DNA from: Deltaproteobacteria bacterium
GTDB taxonomy: Bacteria > Desulfobacterota > B13-G15 > RBG-16-54-18
NCBI GenBank assembly: GCA_016927065.1
Contig: JAFGNJ010000020.1
Span: 10,923 to 74,922, forward strand
Reading direction: 5' to 3'
Length of the DNA stretch: 64,000 nt
Shown piece after piece: positions 30,943-40,540 of the stretch. The notes beneath the pieces are model-generated. The model saw only the letters and a program-made list of their open reading frames with translations, ran no database searches and was not told the origin of the DNA. Every line of letters starts with the position of its first letter. Within the stretch, counting starts at the first letter, position 1. Made by a program: the position numbers and the translations under genes.

Positions 30943-31638
30943 ATGCGAATACTGGCCGTCGTCCAAGGAAACTACGGGAAAAGGATGGTCGAGGCCTGGC
31001 AGGAGCACGGCCCGGCCCAGTGGGAGATCGCGACCCTGGAGATCACCTCCTCTTTGCCCACCATGATGGAGGACCCGTTGGAGTTTCTCCCCAAAGATAT
31101 CCCTCAGGGAGATCTGGTAATCAGCCTCGGGGAACATCCCGGCGTGGCGGAGCTGTTGCCGTCAATCGTCAAGGCCTCAGGGGCACGCGCCGTCATCGCG
31201 CCGGTGGACAATCGCGCCTGGCTCCCTCCCGGCCTGGCCAAACAATTGGAGAGGGACCTTCAGAAGATGGGTGTTACGATCGTCTTTCCGGTCACCTTTT
31301 GCACCCTGGGGGAAGAGGATTCCGACGACCCGCTCATCAAGGAATTCGCCCATCTCTTTGGTATCCCGGAGGTCGAGATCACGGCGGAGGCCGATCGGGT
31401 TAAGGATGCCCGGGTGATCAGGAGCGCCCCCTGCGGGAGCACCTATTTCGTAGCCGAGGCGCTCACGGGGACCAAGGTCCAGGATGCGGAGGAAAAGAGC
31501 GGCATCCTCCATCACAATTACCCCTGTCTGGCCACCATGAACGTGGACTGGCAGTTCCACGACACCCTCATGCACCGGGCCGGTTACTTCACCAAACAGG
31601 CAGTACACCGGGCCCTGAAAAAATCCACCAAGGGATGA
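30943..31638 (+). CDS. DUF166-family protein
   Basis: GNYGKR, PVTFCTL, FGIPE, RSAPCGST, HHNYPCLATM. Confidence 0.78.
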   Translation: MRILAVVQGNYGKRMVEAWQEHGPAQWEIATLEITSSLPTMMEDPLEFLPKDIPQGDLVISLGEHPGVAELLPSIVKASGARAVIAPVDNRAWLPPGLAKQLERDLQKMGVTIVFPVTFCTLGEEDSDDPLIKEFAHLFGIPEVEITAEADRVKDARVIRSAPCGSTYFVAEALTGTKVQDAEEKSGILHHNYPCLATMNVDWQFHDTLMHRAGYFTKQAVHRALKKSTKG

Positions 31639-31642
31639 TTTA

Positions 31643-32623
31643 GTGTTTGTCCTCGGCCTCATGGGAAGTCCTCGCAAGCACGGGAATACGGACCTCCTCC
31701 TCGACGCCTTTCTCGAAGGCGCCCAGGCGAAAGGGGCAGTGGTGTCGAAGATCGATGTCCCCGCTAAACATATCGAACCCTGCCAGGGATGCCGGTTCTG
31801 TGAGAAGAAGGGCTACTGCATACAACAAAAGGATGACATGGAGGAGATGAACTATCTCCTGCGCCGAGCAGACATGGTAGTCCTTGCCACTCCCATCTTC
31901 TTTTACGGCCCGTCGGCCCAGATGAAGGCGTTGATCGATCGATCCCAGACCCTCTGGTCCCGGCGGCATATCATGAAGTTGACCGACCCCAAGGCCACCT
32001 TTAGCAGAGGCTTTTTGTTGGCGGTGGGGGCGACCAAGGGGAAAGAACTCTTCACCGGGACAAGTCTTATTGCCAAGTATTTCTATGACGCCGTCAGCGC
32101 GCGCTACGAGGGGTTTTTAGGGTTCCGAGATATGGAAGCCCCTGGCGCAATAGCCCACCACCCCACCGCCCTTGCCGAGGCTAGAACAAAAGGCGAGGAG
32201 TTGACAGGGGCCTTCGTGGGGAGAAAACGAGCCCTCTTCCTGTGCCGGGAGAACGCCTGTCGCAGCCAGATGGCGGAAGCCTTCCTTCAATATTATGCCG
32301 GTGATACATTCGATGTCCAGAGCGCCGGCGACCAGCCCGCCGGGGAGGTCAACCCCCTAGCCCTCGAGGCCATGGCGGAGAAGGGGATCGACTTGGCCTT
32401 TCGCAGGCCCAAGGGGATGGATGCGCTTGAGGATGCGTCTCGCCCCTTTGACCTCATCGTGCAGATGGGGTGCGAGCAGATCTGCCCCCTCACGCCTGAG
32501 GGGAGAATAGAGAACTGGGAACTGGAGGATCCGGCAGGGAAGCCCCTGGAATTCATGCGCACCATCAGGGATGAGATAGAGCAGCGCGTCAAGCTCCTCA
32601 TCGACTCCGCCGAATCGGATTGA
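31643..32623 (+). CDS. Iron-sulfur flavoprotein (Isf/NADPH-dependent FMN reductase fold) fused to an ArsC/LMW-PTP domain
   Basis: GSPRKHGNT; CQGCRFCEKKGYC (Cx2Cx2Cx5C); ATPIFF; C-terminal FLCRENACRSQMAE (CX5R), MGCEQICP, WELEDP. Confidence 0.87.
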   Translation: MFVLGLMGSPRKHGNTDLLLDAFLEGAQAKGAVVSKIDVPAKHIEPCQGCRFCEKKGYCIQQKDDMEEMNYLLRRADMVVLATPIFFYGPSAQMKALIDRSQTLWSRRHIMKLTDPKATFSRGFLLAVGATKGKELFTGTSLIAKYFYDAVSARYEGFLGFRDMEAPGAIAHHPTALAEARTKGEELTGAFVGRKRALFLCRENACRSQMAEAFLQYYAGDTFDVQSAGDQPAGEVNPLALEAMAEKGIDLAFRRPKGMDALEDASRPFDLIVQMGCEQICPLTPEGRIENWELEDPAGKPLEFMRTIRDEIEQRVKLLIDSAESD

Positions 32624-32626
32624 GCA

Positions 32627-33649
32627 ATGGCTGATATCAGGGAGATCTTACGCAAGGCCTTAGAGAAAGAGGCGGCGTCCTCCCAGGAGTATCTTGAGGC
32701 CGCAAAAAATACCTCTGACCCCGAGGCCAAATCCCTCTTAGAACAGTTGGCTCAGGACGAGTTGAGGCATCGACAGGTCCTGAAGACCCAGCTCGAACTT
32801 CTGGAGGCAGCAAGAACATCACACCCCAAGCGGCCTGCGGGGAAAGAGGTCTCTCGCGACCTGGATGGAGAGTCCTGCGAAGCGGAGTTGGAGGGGGCCA
32901 AAAGGGCTACCAGTGTGCTGGCCGAGGCCAAGCGAGAGATCGAAGAGACCCAAAAGGCCAAAGAGGAACTCTATGCCATGGCAACCCATGACCTGCGCTC
33001 CCCGCTCATCTCCATTGTGGCCTTTGCCCAAAAACTCCTCACCTCCCTGCACGGCAAGGTCTCTGAGGCGGAGCATCAGAAAATTCAATGGATCTGGAGC
33101 GAGGCGAGAAAACTGGAGGGATTCGTGAGCAACTTCTTGGACCTGGCCCGCCTTTCCGCTGGCGCAGTGGAACTCAACCGTCAGCCCATAGAGCCGCGCC
33201 TCATAGTCGATGAAGAGATTGAGGCCTTGTCCCCCCAAATCAATGACAAGGGGCTGCATGTGGAGGTAACAATGAGTGGGGTGCCGTGGGTGGAGGCCGA
33301 TGCATGGGCCGCCAGAAGACTCTTTATGAACCTCATGAGCAACGCCGTACTCCACGGAAGGTCCGGCGGCACCATCGAGGTCGGTGGCGAAGGGGAAATT
33401 GGTATGGTCCGCTTCTGGGTGAAGGACGATGGTCCGGGAATTCCTGAGAAAGACTTACCCCATATTTTTGAAACGTTCCACACCGATGCCTCAAAAAGGG
33501 GAAGCGGTCTGGGACTGGCCATAGCCCTTCAGGTGGTACAAGCCCATGGAGGACGCATCTGGGTCGAGAGCCAAGAGGGTGCAGGAGCCACCTTTTACTT
33601 CACCCTCCCCAAGGCGCACGGAGAAAAAAAGGCGCGCAATGCCCCATAG
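32627..33649 (+). CDS. Cytoplasmic histidine kinase with an N-terminal half ferritin/rubrerythrin-like domain
   Basis: E15-x6-Y22-x22-E45xxH48; H-box THDLRSPL, N-box NLMSNA, G1 DDGPGI, F-box IFETF, G2 GSGLGL; no TM segment. Confidence 0.87.
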   Translation: MADIREILRKALEKEAASSQEYLEAAKNTSDPEAKSLLEQLAQDELRHRQVLKTQLELLEAARTSHPKRPAGKEVSRDLDGESCEAELEGAKRATSVLAEAKREIEETQKAKEELYAMATHDLRSPLISIVAFAQKLLTSLHGKVSEAEHQKIQWIWSEARKLEGFVSNFLDLARLSAGAVELNRQPIEPRLIVDEEIEALSPQINDKGLHVEVTMSGVPWVEADAWAARRLFMNLMSNAVLHGRSGGTIEVGGEGEIGMVRFWVKDDGPGIPEKDLPHIFETFHTDASKRGSGLGLAIALQVVQAHGGRIWVESQEGAGATFYFTLPKAHGEKKARNAP

Positions 33650-36617
33650 AATAGAAGTGGCCATCAAGGATGATCTCAGGGACTCCTTGGGTGAAAAGAC
33701 GGCGGCCAGGATGGTGAACGATCTGGGGTTCTCGGTGCAGTCGGTGCGGACTATCGAATCCTACACCATCGACACCACTCTGGACAAGCAACAGCTTGAG
33801 CTGGTGGCCCGCGATGCCTACTGCGACCCCATCACCCAAGTCTGGTCCGTTGATCGCCCTTTGGCAAAGACATTCGACTGGGTCATCGAGGTGGGGTTTT
33901 TGCCCGGTGTGACGGATAATGTGGGGAGGACCGCCCGGGAGGCCCTGGAGGCCAGTCTCTCAATTCATTTAAAGGAAGACGAAAAGGTCTATACCTCTCA
34001 TCAGTACCTGATACAGGGGGATCTCTCCCGAACAGAAGTGGAACAAATCGCCACCCAGCTCCTCGGCAACCCGTTGATCAACCGTTTCGAGATCAAGAGC
34101 AAAGAGGAATGGGATCCCCAGAAGGGATTCGGCCCCCTGGTCCCCAAGGTGACGGGGCTGAAGGGGGGAGAGGTAGAACGGTTCGATTTAGAGATCACTG
34201 ACGAAAAGCTCATCGCCCTCAGCAGGGAACGGTTGCTGGCCCTTTCCCTGGAGGAGATGCAAGCTGTCCAAGCCTACCTCAAGGATACAGCGATCAAGCA
34301 GAAGAGGAAAGAGATCGGCATTGGGGAAGGGATCACCGACGTAGAGCTGGAGGCCATCGCCCAGACTTGGTCCGAGCACTGCAAGCACAAGATCTTCCAG
34401 GCCCGCATTACCTACATCGACGCAGATGGTAAGGAGGAGGTGATCGAGGGGCTTTTCAACACCTATATCAAAGGCTCTACCGAGACAATCAGGCGCGCGT
34501 TAGGGAAGAAAGACCCATGCCTTTCGGTCTTTACGGACAACGCCGGAGTGGTGGCCTTTAACGACCAGTGGAGCCTTGCCTTCAAGGTGGAGACCCACAA
34601 CACCCCCTCCGCCCTTGACCCCTACGGCGGGGCATTAACGGGCATCGTGGGGGTCAATCGCGACCCCTTCGGCACGGGCAAAGGGGCCAAGTTGATCTTC
34701 AACACGGACGTCTTCTGCTTCGCCCCGCCCGACTGGCCCGGCCCCCTGCCGGAGCGGGTACTGCACCCCAAGCGGATCTTCGAGGGGGTCAGGGAAGGGG
34801 TGGAGCACGGGGGGAACAAGAGCGGGATCCCCACGGTGAACGGCAGCATCGTTTTTGATGAACGCTACGTGGGTAAGCCCCTGGTCTACTGCGGCACCTG
34901 CGGGATCATGCCGAGGACCATCAAGGGCGAGCCCTCGCATATAAAAGAGGCCCATCCCGGTGATGTGGTTGTGATGGTGGGGGGGCGCATCGGCAAGGAC
35001 GGGATTCACGGGGCCACCTTCTCCTCGGAAGAGCTCCACGAGGAATCCCCTACCAGCGCCGTGCAGATCGGGGACCCCATTACCCAAAAAAGGATGACCG
35101 ATTTTCTCCTGAGGGCCCGTGATCGAGGCCTCTACACCGCTATCACGGACAACGGCGCAGGCGGGCTCTCATCATCAGTAGGTGAGATGGCAAAAGAGCC
35201 TGGCGGATGTGAGATCCACCTCGAGCGCGCGCCGCTCAAGTATCCCGGCCTCGACCCCTGGGAAATCCTCGTGTCCGAATCGCAGGAGCGGATGACCCTG
35301 GCAGTGGCCCCTGACAAGATAGACGCCCTGTTTGAGCTTGCCTCGAAGATGGATGTGGAGGCCACTGAAGTGGGACGCTTTACTGACAGCGGTGTATTTC
35401 ACTGCCTCTGGCACGGCGAGACCGTTGCGTACCTGGCAATGGAGTTTTTCCACGAGGGGGCCCCGCGCATGGACCTCGTGGCCCGATGGCAGCCTCCCCG
35501 CCCTGAGGAGCCTGTTGTTGATCCACCGCACGATCTAACCGCAACCCTGGAAGGAATGCTCTCCCGTCTCAACATCTGCAGCAAGGAGTCAGTAGTGCGT
35601 CAGTACGATCACGAGGTCCAGGGGGGGAGCACGATCAAGCCGTTAGTTGGTGAGAACGCGGACGGCCCTGGGGATGCCGCCGTCATCCGATCACTGTTGG
35701 ACTCCTATAAAGGGATCGTGGTCTCGCATGGGATCTGCCCTCGATACAGCGACATCGATACCTACCCAATGATGGCGTGCGCCATCGACGAGGCCGTCAG
35801 GAACGCCGTGGCCGTGGGGGGTGACCCGGCAAGAATGGTGGGACTGGACAACTTCTGCTGGCCCGATCCTGTGCAGTCGGAAAAGACCCCTGACGGCGAG
35901 TACAAGCTGGCGCAGCTGGTACGCGCAAACAAGGCCCTGTACGACTACACCATTGCGTATCAATGCCCCTGCATCTCAGGCAAGGACAGCATGAAGAACG
36001 ACTTCATGGCCGGTGAGGTGAAGATCTCCGTGCCGCCCACGGTCCTCTTTTCGGTCCTGGGAACAATTGATGACGTGCGCAAGGCCGTGACCATGGATTG
36101 CAAGGCACCCGGGGATTTGGTCTACGTCGTGGGGCAGACCTATGAGGAGATGGGAGGATCGGAATACTTCGCCATGCACGGATCAATCGGCAATCAGGTC
36201 CCGCAGGTCAGGGCCGAACAGGCCAAGGAAATCTATCACAAACTCCACACGGCCATCATGGATGGGCTCATTGCCTCGTGCCACGACTGCTCCGATGGGG
36301 GAATGGGAGTAGCCCTGGCTGAGAGCGCCTTTGCCGGCGGGTTCGGCATGGAGGTGGACTTGAGAAATGTCCCTGCCGAGGGGATAGTACGGGACGACTA
36401 CCTCCTCTTCTCCGAGTCCCAGAGCAGGTTCGTCGTAACAGTCAACCCCGCTAAAAAGGATGCCTTCCTCGCCATCATGAAAGGTATCACCTTAGGAGAA
36501 ATTGGAAGGGTGCCCAAGGGCAAGGCATTCATCGTGACTGGGCTTAAAGGCAAAAAGGTCATCCAGGGAGATATCTATAAGCTGAAAGTAGCCTGGCAAA
36601 AGCCGTTGGGGGTATAG
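33639..36617 (+). CDS. purL: Phosphoribosylformylglycinamidine synthase PurL with an N-terminal PurS-like region
   Basis: QTWSEHCKHK, KVETHNTPS, DNGAGG, SESQERM, QYDHEV, SGKDS, HDCSDGG; no glutaminase domain. Confidence 0.95.
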   Translation: MPHRIEVAIKDDLRDSLGEKTAARMVNDLGFSVQSVRTIESYTIDTTLDKQQLELVARDAYCDPITQVWSVDRPLAKTFDWVIEVGFLPGVTDNVGRTAREALEASLSIHLKEDEKVYTSHQYLIQGDLSRTEVEQIATQLLGNPLINRFEIKSKEEWDPQKGFGPLVPKVTGLKGGEVERFDLEITDEKLIALSRERLLALSLEEMQAVQAYLKDTAIKQKRKEIGIGEGITDVELEAIAQTWSEHCKHKIFQARITYIDADGKEEVIEGLFNTYIKGSTETIRRALGKKDPCLSVFTDNAGVVAFNDQWSLAFKVETHNTPSALDPYGGALTGIVGVNRDPFGTGKGAKLIFNTDVFCFAPPDWPGPLPERVLHPKRIFEGVREGVEHGGNKSGIPTVNGSIVFDERYVGKPLVYCGTCGIMPRTIKGEPSHIKEAHPGDVVVMVGGRIGKDGIHGATFSSEELHEESPTSAVQIGDPITQKRMTDFLLRARDRGLYTAITDNGAGGLSSSVGEMAKEPGGCEIHLERAPLKYPGLDPWEILVSESQERMTLAVAPDKIDALFELASKMDVEATEVGRFTDSGVFHCLWHGETVAYLAMEFFHEGAPRMDLVARWQPPRPEEPVVDPPHDLTATLEGMLSRLNICSKESVVRQYDHEVQGGSTIKPLVGENADGPGDAAVIRSLLDSYKGIVVSHGICPRYSDIDTYPMMACAIDEAVRNAVAVGGDPARMVGLDNFCWPDPVQSEKTPDGEYKLAQLVRANKALYDYTIAYQCPCISGKDSMKNDFMAGEVKISVPPTVLFSVLGTIDDVRKAVTMDCKAPGDLVYVVGQTYEEMGGSEYFAMHGSIGNQVPQVRAEQAKEIYHKLHTAIMDGLIASCHDCSDGGMGVALAESAFAGGFGMEVDLRNVPAEGIVRDDYLLFSESQSRFVVTVNPAKKDAFLAIMKGITLGEIGRVPKGKAFIVTGLKGKKVIQGDIYKLKVAWQKPLGV

Positions 36618-36815
36618 CGCAATCTGGGTAACAACGTCCCCAAAGTCCCTCCGTAGGCTGCGCACAATTGGGACAAGTAAGAAAAACTGCCAACTATGAC
36701 CGAAAATGTTTGATTTAAGATGATAAAATAGCATAAAGTGATAAAAAGAGAACTTAAATGGCAAAAATAAGGAAAAATGAGAGTTGATAAAAGTATCAAT
36801 TGATACCAAACTGTA

Positions 36816-37181
36816 ATGACTAGACCTTCTCATAAGGAAATACACGGAAAGATAAGGAAAGCAAGAGAGTTAGTATCAGATGGTTATTTTGCTGTAATAG
36901 AACCAGACAGTATTGCTGCTGATGCATTAGAGTTAGGCTATTTAATAGAGGACCTTCCAAATATTCCTTCTGAGATTTTAATTGAAGTAAAAGCCGAAAA
37001 TTATGTCGGCGATCAACCTCCACAGCGTTCCTATGAGAAACAAATTATAGATTGTGAGCTCTTTGCATTTAGATGGGCAAGCAAACGATTTGGTTGTGAA
37101 ATCTATGTAAAGTTTACACTCAAGGATAACACAATGTGGCTTGTGTCCTTGCATGAACATAGGGAGAAGGAGGATGAATAA
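36816..37181 (+). CDS. MqsR-like type II toxin (RelE-fold mRNase)
   Basis: C-terminal YVKF...LVSLH pattern; directly upstream of and overlapping an MqsA-like antitoxin gene. Confidence 0.65.
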   Translation: MTRPSHKEIHGKIRKARELVSDGYFAVIEPDSIAADALELGYLIEDLPNIPSEILIEVKAENYVGDQPPQRSYEKQIIDCELFAFRWASKRFGCEIYVKFTLKDNTMWLVSLHEHREKEDE

Positions 37182-37998
37182 AATTATAAATGAAATGATA
37201 AACTGCCCGAACGGGCATGGTGAAATGCAAATTACTAGAGTAGAGAAAAAACTGAAGTTCCGTGGTGTGGATATAACTTTTCAGACAGAACATTACTTGT
37301 GCTCAGTTTGTGGTATAGAAGTAGGCTCCATCGAACAAGCATCAGTTACTCAGCGAGTAATTTCCGACGCGTATCGCAAAGCGGTTGGTCTACTGACGAG
37401 CGAGGAGATTCGTGGAGGCAGAAAGAAATTAGGCCTAACGCAAGCCGATCTTGCGCAGCATATGTGTGTTGGTATCGCCAGTCTAAAGAGGTGGGAGGGG
37501 GGAATAATTCAGACTAAGTCAATGGATAGGGCACTTCGAAACGTTCTTCAAGGCCAAGTATTTAGCGATGTTTACACAGGAAATCGATCATTTTCAATTC
37601 CAAGAGTAAAACTTGTTTTAAGAGAATTTGAGTTATCATTACAGAGAAAAATTCTGCAAGATGATAAAGGACTCTTCTCAGCTAAGTATTTATGGTACGC
37701 GGATATGGTAGCTTTCCGGGAGTTAGGTGAGAGTATGACTGGATCAACTTATGCTCGCCTTCCTCTCGGTCCCCAACTTAATAATTATCGAGACCTGATT
37801 GATGCCATAAAAGAAGCTGATGAAAGCGATGCGGAACCTCTTACGTCAGAGGAAAAAAAGATAATCTCCAAAATTTCAATGGTTTTCCCTAAGGATAAGA
37901 TGGTTTTTGATGTTTCCCATAGAGAAGTAATCGTGCAAAAAAAAGCAATTGGAAACATAATTCCATATTTGGATGCGGCAGAATTGACTGGGTTATGA
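37174..37998 (+). CDS. MqsA-like antitoxin: Zn-ribbon + Xre HTH + Panacea (DUF4065) domain
   Basis: CPNGH...CSVC, IRGGRKKLGLTQADLA..SLKRWE, KYLWYAD..GESMTGSTYARLPLGP. Confidence 0.8.
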   Translation: MNKIINEMINCPNGHGEMQITRVEKKLKFRGVDITFQTEHYLCSVCGIEVGSIEQASVTQRVISDAYRKAVGLLTSEEIRGGRKKLGLTQADLAQHMCVGIASLKRWEGGIIQTKSMDRALRNVLQGQVFSDVYTGNRSFSIPRVKLVLREFELSLQRKILQDDKGLFSAKYLWYADMVAFRELGESMTGSTYARLPLGPQLNNYRDLIDAIKEADESDAEPLTSEEKKIISKISMVFPKDKMVFDVSHREVIVQKKAIGNIIPYLDAAELTGL

Positions 37999-38013
37999 TT
38001 AACATTGATAATT

Positions 38014-38040
38014 AACCCATGCCCTAGAAATGGGTTTTTT
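38014..38040 (+). terminator. Rho-independent terminator after the TA operon
   Basis: AACCCAT-9nt-ATGGGTT followed by TTTT. Confidence 0.5.
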
Positions 38041-38049
38041 GAAAATAAA

Positions 38050-38063
38050 AAGGGGGCGGTTCT
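38050..38063 (+). repeat. Left 14-bp inverted repeat AAGGGGGCGGTTCT
   Basis: Exact reverse complement occurs at 41739-41752. Confidence 0.75.
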
Positions 38064-38096
38064 ATTTTTTAGCTAATCCTTCTTCTTGGGTCTCCC

Positions 38097-39563
38097 CTAT
38101 CTCCTCGTTCGACCCCTCTCTCTTCTTCGACCAACGTCTTTTTTGTTCTTAGGGCGGCGGCGCTTTCGGCTCGCTCCCGGCTTTTTTTGTCCTTTTCCTT
38201 TGTCCGACGGTGCTTCAGAGGGTTGAGGTAAGGGGGCATGGAGCATCTGCTGATAATAATCGTCCAGTAACATGGCAATGATGGCGGACTCGTCTTCATT
38301 TTCAGCCAGGGTGCGGCCAAGCGAAACAAATCGCTTGCTGCGTTCGGTTTTTTGCGCGTCCCGATCGCGCAGGCGGGCTTCGAGCAGGGCCGTTACCCGT
38401 TCTGCAACAACGGCCGCTACGTCGGCATCCGTCGGCAAAGGCCACTCGTGCAGGTCGATACTATATTTTTTAGCGATACGGTCGAGAACGAATGTTTCCA
38501 GGTGGGTTGCCAGCGTCATGGCGACTCCCGCCTTGCCGACTCGGCCCGTTCGCCCGGCCCGGTGGATATAGTCCTCTAAATCATCGGACGGTTCGTATTG
38601 AATCACATGAGAGAGGTCAGGGACGTCGAGCCCCCGAGCGGCCACATCGGTGGCCACCAGAAAACGAAGCGTCTTCTTGCGAACACGCTCCAAAACCCGA
38701 TCGCGATCCTTCTGTGAAAGATCAGCTGTCAATTCATCCGCGTCATAACCGAAATTTTGCAGGACGGTCGACACATAATGTACTTCAGCCTTGGTATTGC
38801 AGAAAATAATGGCTGAAACCGGGTTCTCAATCTCGATGATGCGGATAAGGCTGCGATCTTTGTCCATGCCGGGCACGGTATAGAAGACGTGCGCGGTGTC
38901 GGTGACGTGAACGTGGTCTTCGCTGAGGGAGATGAATTCCGGTTCGCGAATGAATTCACTCGCGGTGCGCATGACATGGGGCGGGAAGGTTGCCGAGAAC
39001 ATACAGCCGTTGATACGGCGAGGCGGAAGGTATTTCTGCACCTTTTTCATGTCGGGGTAAAAACCCATGGACAGCATGCGGTCGGCTTCGTCAAAGATGA
39101 GCATCTCAAGATGTTCGAGAGAAAGTGTCCGCTTGAGAAGATGATCGAGTATACGACCCGGCGTACCGACGACAATGTGCGCGCCGTGGCGAAATGCGTC
39201 TATTTGCTCGCCATAACCAACACCGCCGTACACAGCGACAACACGAAAGCCTGCCTGGCCGCACAGCAGTTCGGCTGCTTGCGACACTTGCCGGGCCAGT
39301 TCACGCGTGGGGACGAGGATGAGCGCTTGACAGTGACGTTTCGCTGAATCGAGCCGCTCCAGCATGGGTAACAGAAACGCGCCGGATTTACCGCTGCCGG
39401 TACGGGCCTGGATCATCATGTTTCTTCCTGCAAGCAAGTAAGGAATGCCCCGCGCCTGAACGGGCATGAGGGTCGTCCAACCCGCGCGGGCGGCGGCATC
39501 TCGCAAGCGCGCGGGAAGTTGTTCCAGCGTTACATCAGGCAGTGGGTTGGTTTTGTTATCCAT
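38097..39563 (-). CDS. DEAD-box RNA helicase
   Basis: ARTGSGKS, PTRELA, GTPGR, DEAD, SAT, ARGLD, HRAGRTGR; basic C-terminal tail. Confidence 0.95.
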   Translation of the reverse strand: MDNKTNPLPDVTLEQLPARLRDAAARAGWTTLMPVQARGIPYLLAGRNMMIQARTGSGKSGAFLLPMLERLDSAKRHCQALILVPTRELARQVSQAAELLCGQAGFRVVAVYGGVGYGEQIDAFRHGAHIVVGTPGRILDHLLKRTLSLEHLEMLIFDEADRMLSMGFYPDMKKVQKYLPPRRINGCMFSATFPPHVMRTASEFIREPEFISLSEDHVHVTDTAHVFYTVPGMDKDRSLIRIIEIENPVSAIIFCNTKAEVHYVSTVLQNFGYDADELTADLSQKDRDRVLERVRKKTLRFLVATDVAARGLDVPDLSHVIQYEPSDDLEDYIHRAGRTGRVGKAGVAMTLATHLETFVLDRIAKKYSIDLHEWPLPTDADVAAVVAERVTALLEARLRDRDAQKTERSKRFVSLGRTLAENEDESAIIAMLLDDYYQQMLHAPLPQPSEAPSDKGKGQKKPGASRKRRRPKNKKDVGRRRERGRTRR

Positions 39564-40003
39564 GCGGGCCTCGCAACTATTGATTTGGTCATGACTAAAA
39601 CAGAAGATTCTCTTTGTATATTTATAGCACAATATCATAAATATTTTCATTGCGGTAGTTAAAGTCTTTGAAAGGAACTGGAAATTTTGGGGACACCATA
39701 CTTGATTATCGCGATAGCGGATATCCCCGTCTAATATTTTGATATGGAGGGACGTATTAAAGAACGTTAGTATACAAACAATTTCTTTTGATCTCTGCCA
39801 ACTATCTCTACCTTTCTCAGGCGACCATTTTTAGCTCAAAAAAGCCTGCAGCGGACGTTGGAAGTATGCCGCAATTTAGGTACACGTCCCTTAAGTTCTC
39901 AGGTCTCTGCGTCTCCTCAGGATTCATTTTTCAGCGATTGTGTGCTATAGTGTAGTTAACGTGTGACGTTTAAGTAACACTTCATAGTCTTATAGGAGGC
40001 GTC

Positions 40004-40504
40004 ATGAAGAACATGATATATAAAATATGTGTTGCGGCGGTACTTGCGATCATATTCTGCGCGTGCGGTATAATGAGCACAGCAGGGGCTGCAGAAAAAA
40101 ATGTAACTGCCAAAGATCTTATTGGAATATGGATCCAAAAGATCACGTGGACTGGCATAACCGAATCCCATCATTATCAACTAATCGCGACAGGTGAAAA
40201 TTCAATTAAACTCCAGTACGTAAAAAGCACACTATCCGATCCGAGTTCATCCTCTGAAGCGCTCTTGCGGGAGATCGATGCCACTGTAAGCGCAGACGGA
40301 GAAATCACAGGAACGGCGACCTATTATCTGGATAGGATATACCAACTTGGGCCGCCCAAAACATCCGAAATATTCGGCAGTGTATCTGCCGATAAACGTA
40401 GGATCACATTGCAGGGAAAAACACCTGGATTCAGCGGCAGACCCGGTCAGTTTAAGTGGAACGGGTCATTTAAAGATACCGTGACAATACTGGAGCGTTA
40501 TTAA
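40004..40504 (+). CDS. Hypothetical exported protein
   Basis: RBS AGGAGG, signal peptide (AGA-AE), beta-rich body starting LIGIW. Confidence 0.7.
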   Translation: MKNMIYKICVAAVLAIIFCACGIMSTAGAAEKNVTAKDLIGIWIQKITWTGITESHHYQLIATGENSIKLQYVKSTLSDPSSSSEALLREIDATVSADGEITGTATYYLDRIYQLGPPKTSEIFGSVSADKRRITLQGKTPGFSGRPGQFKWNGSFKDTVTILERY

Positions 40505-40540
40505 ACTTTCATGCAAGGGATGGTTCCACAGTTAGCCAGA

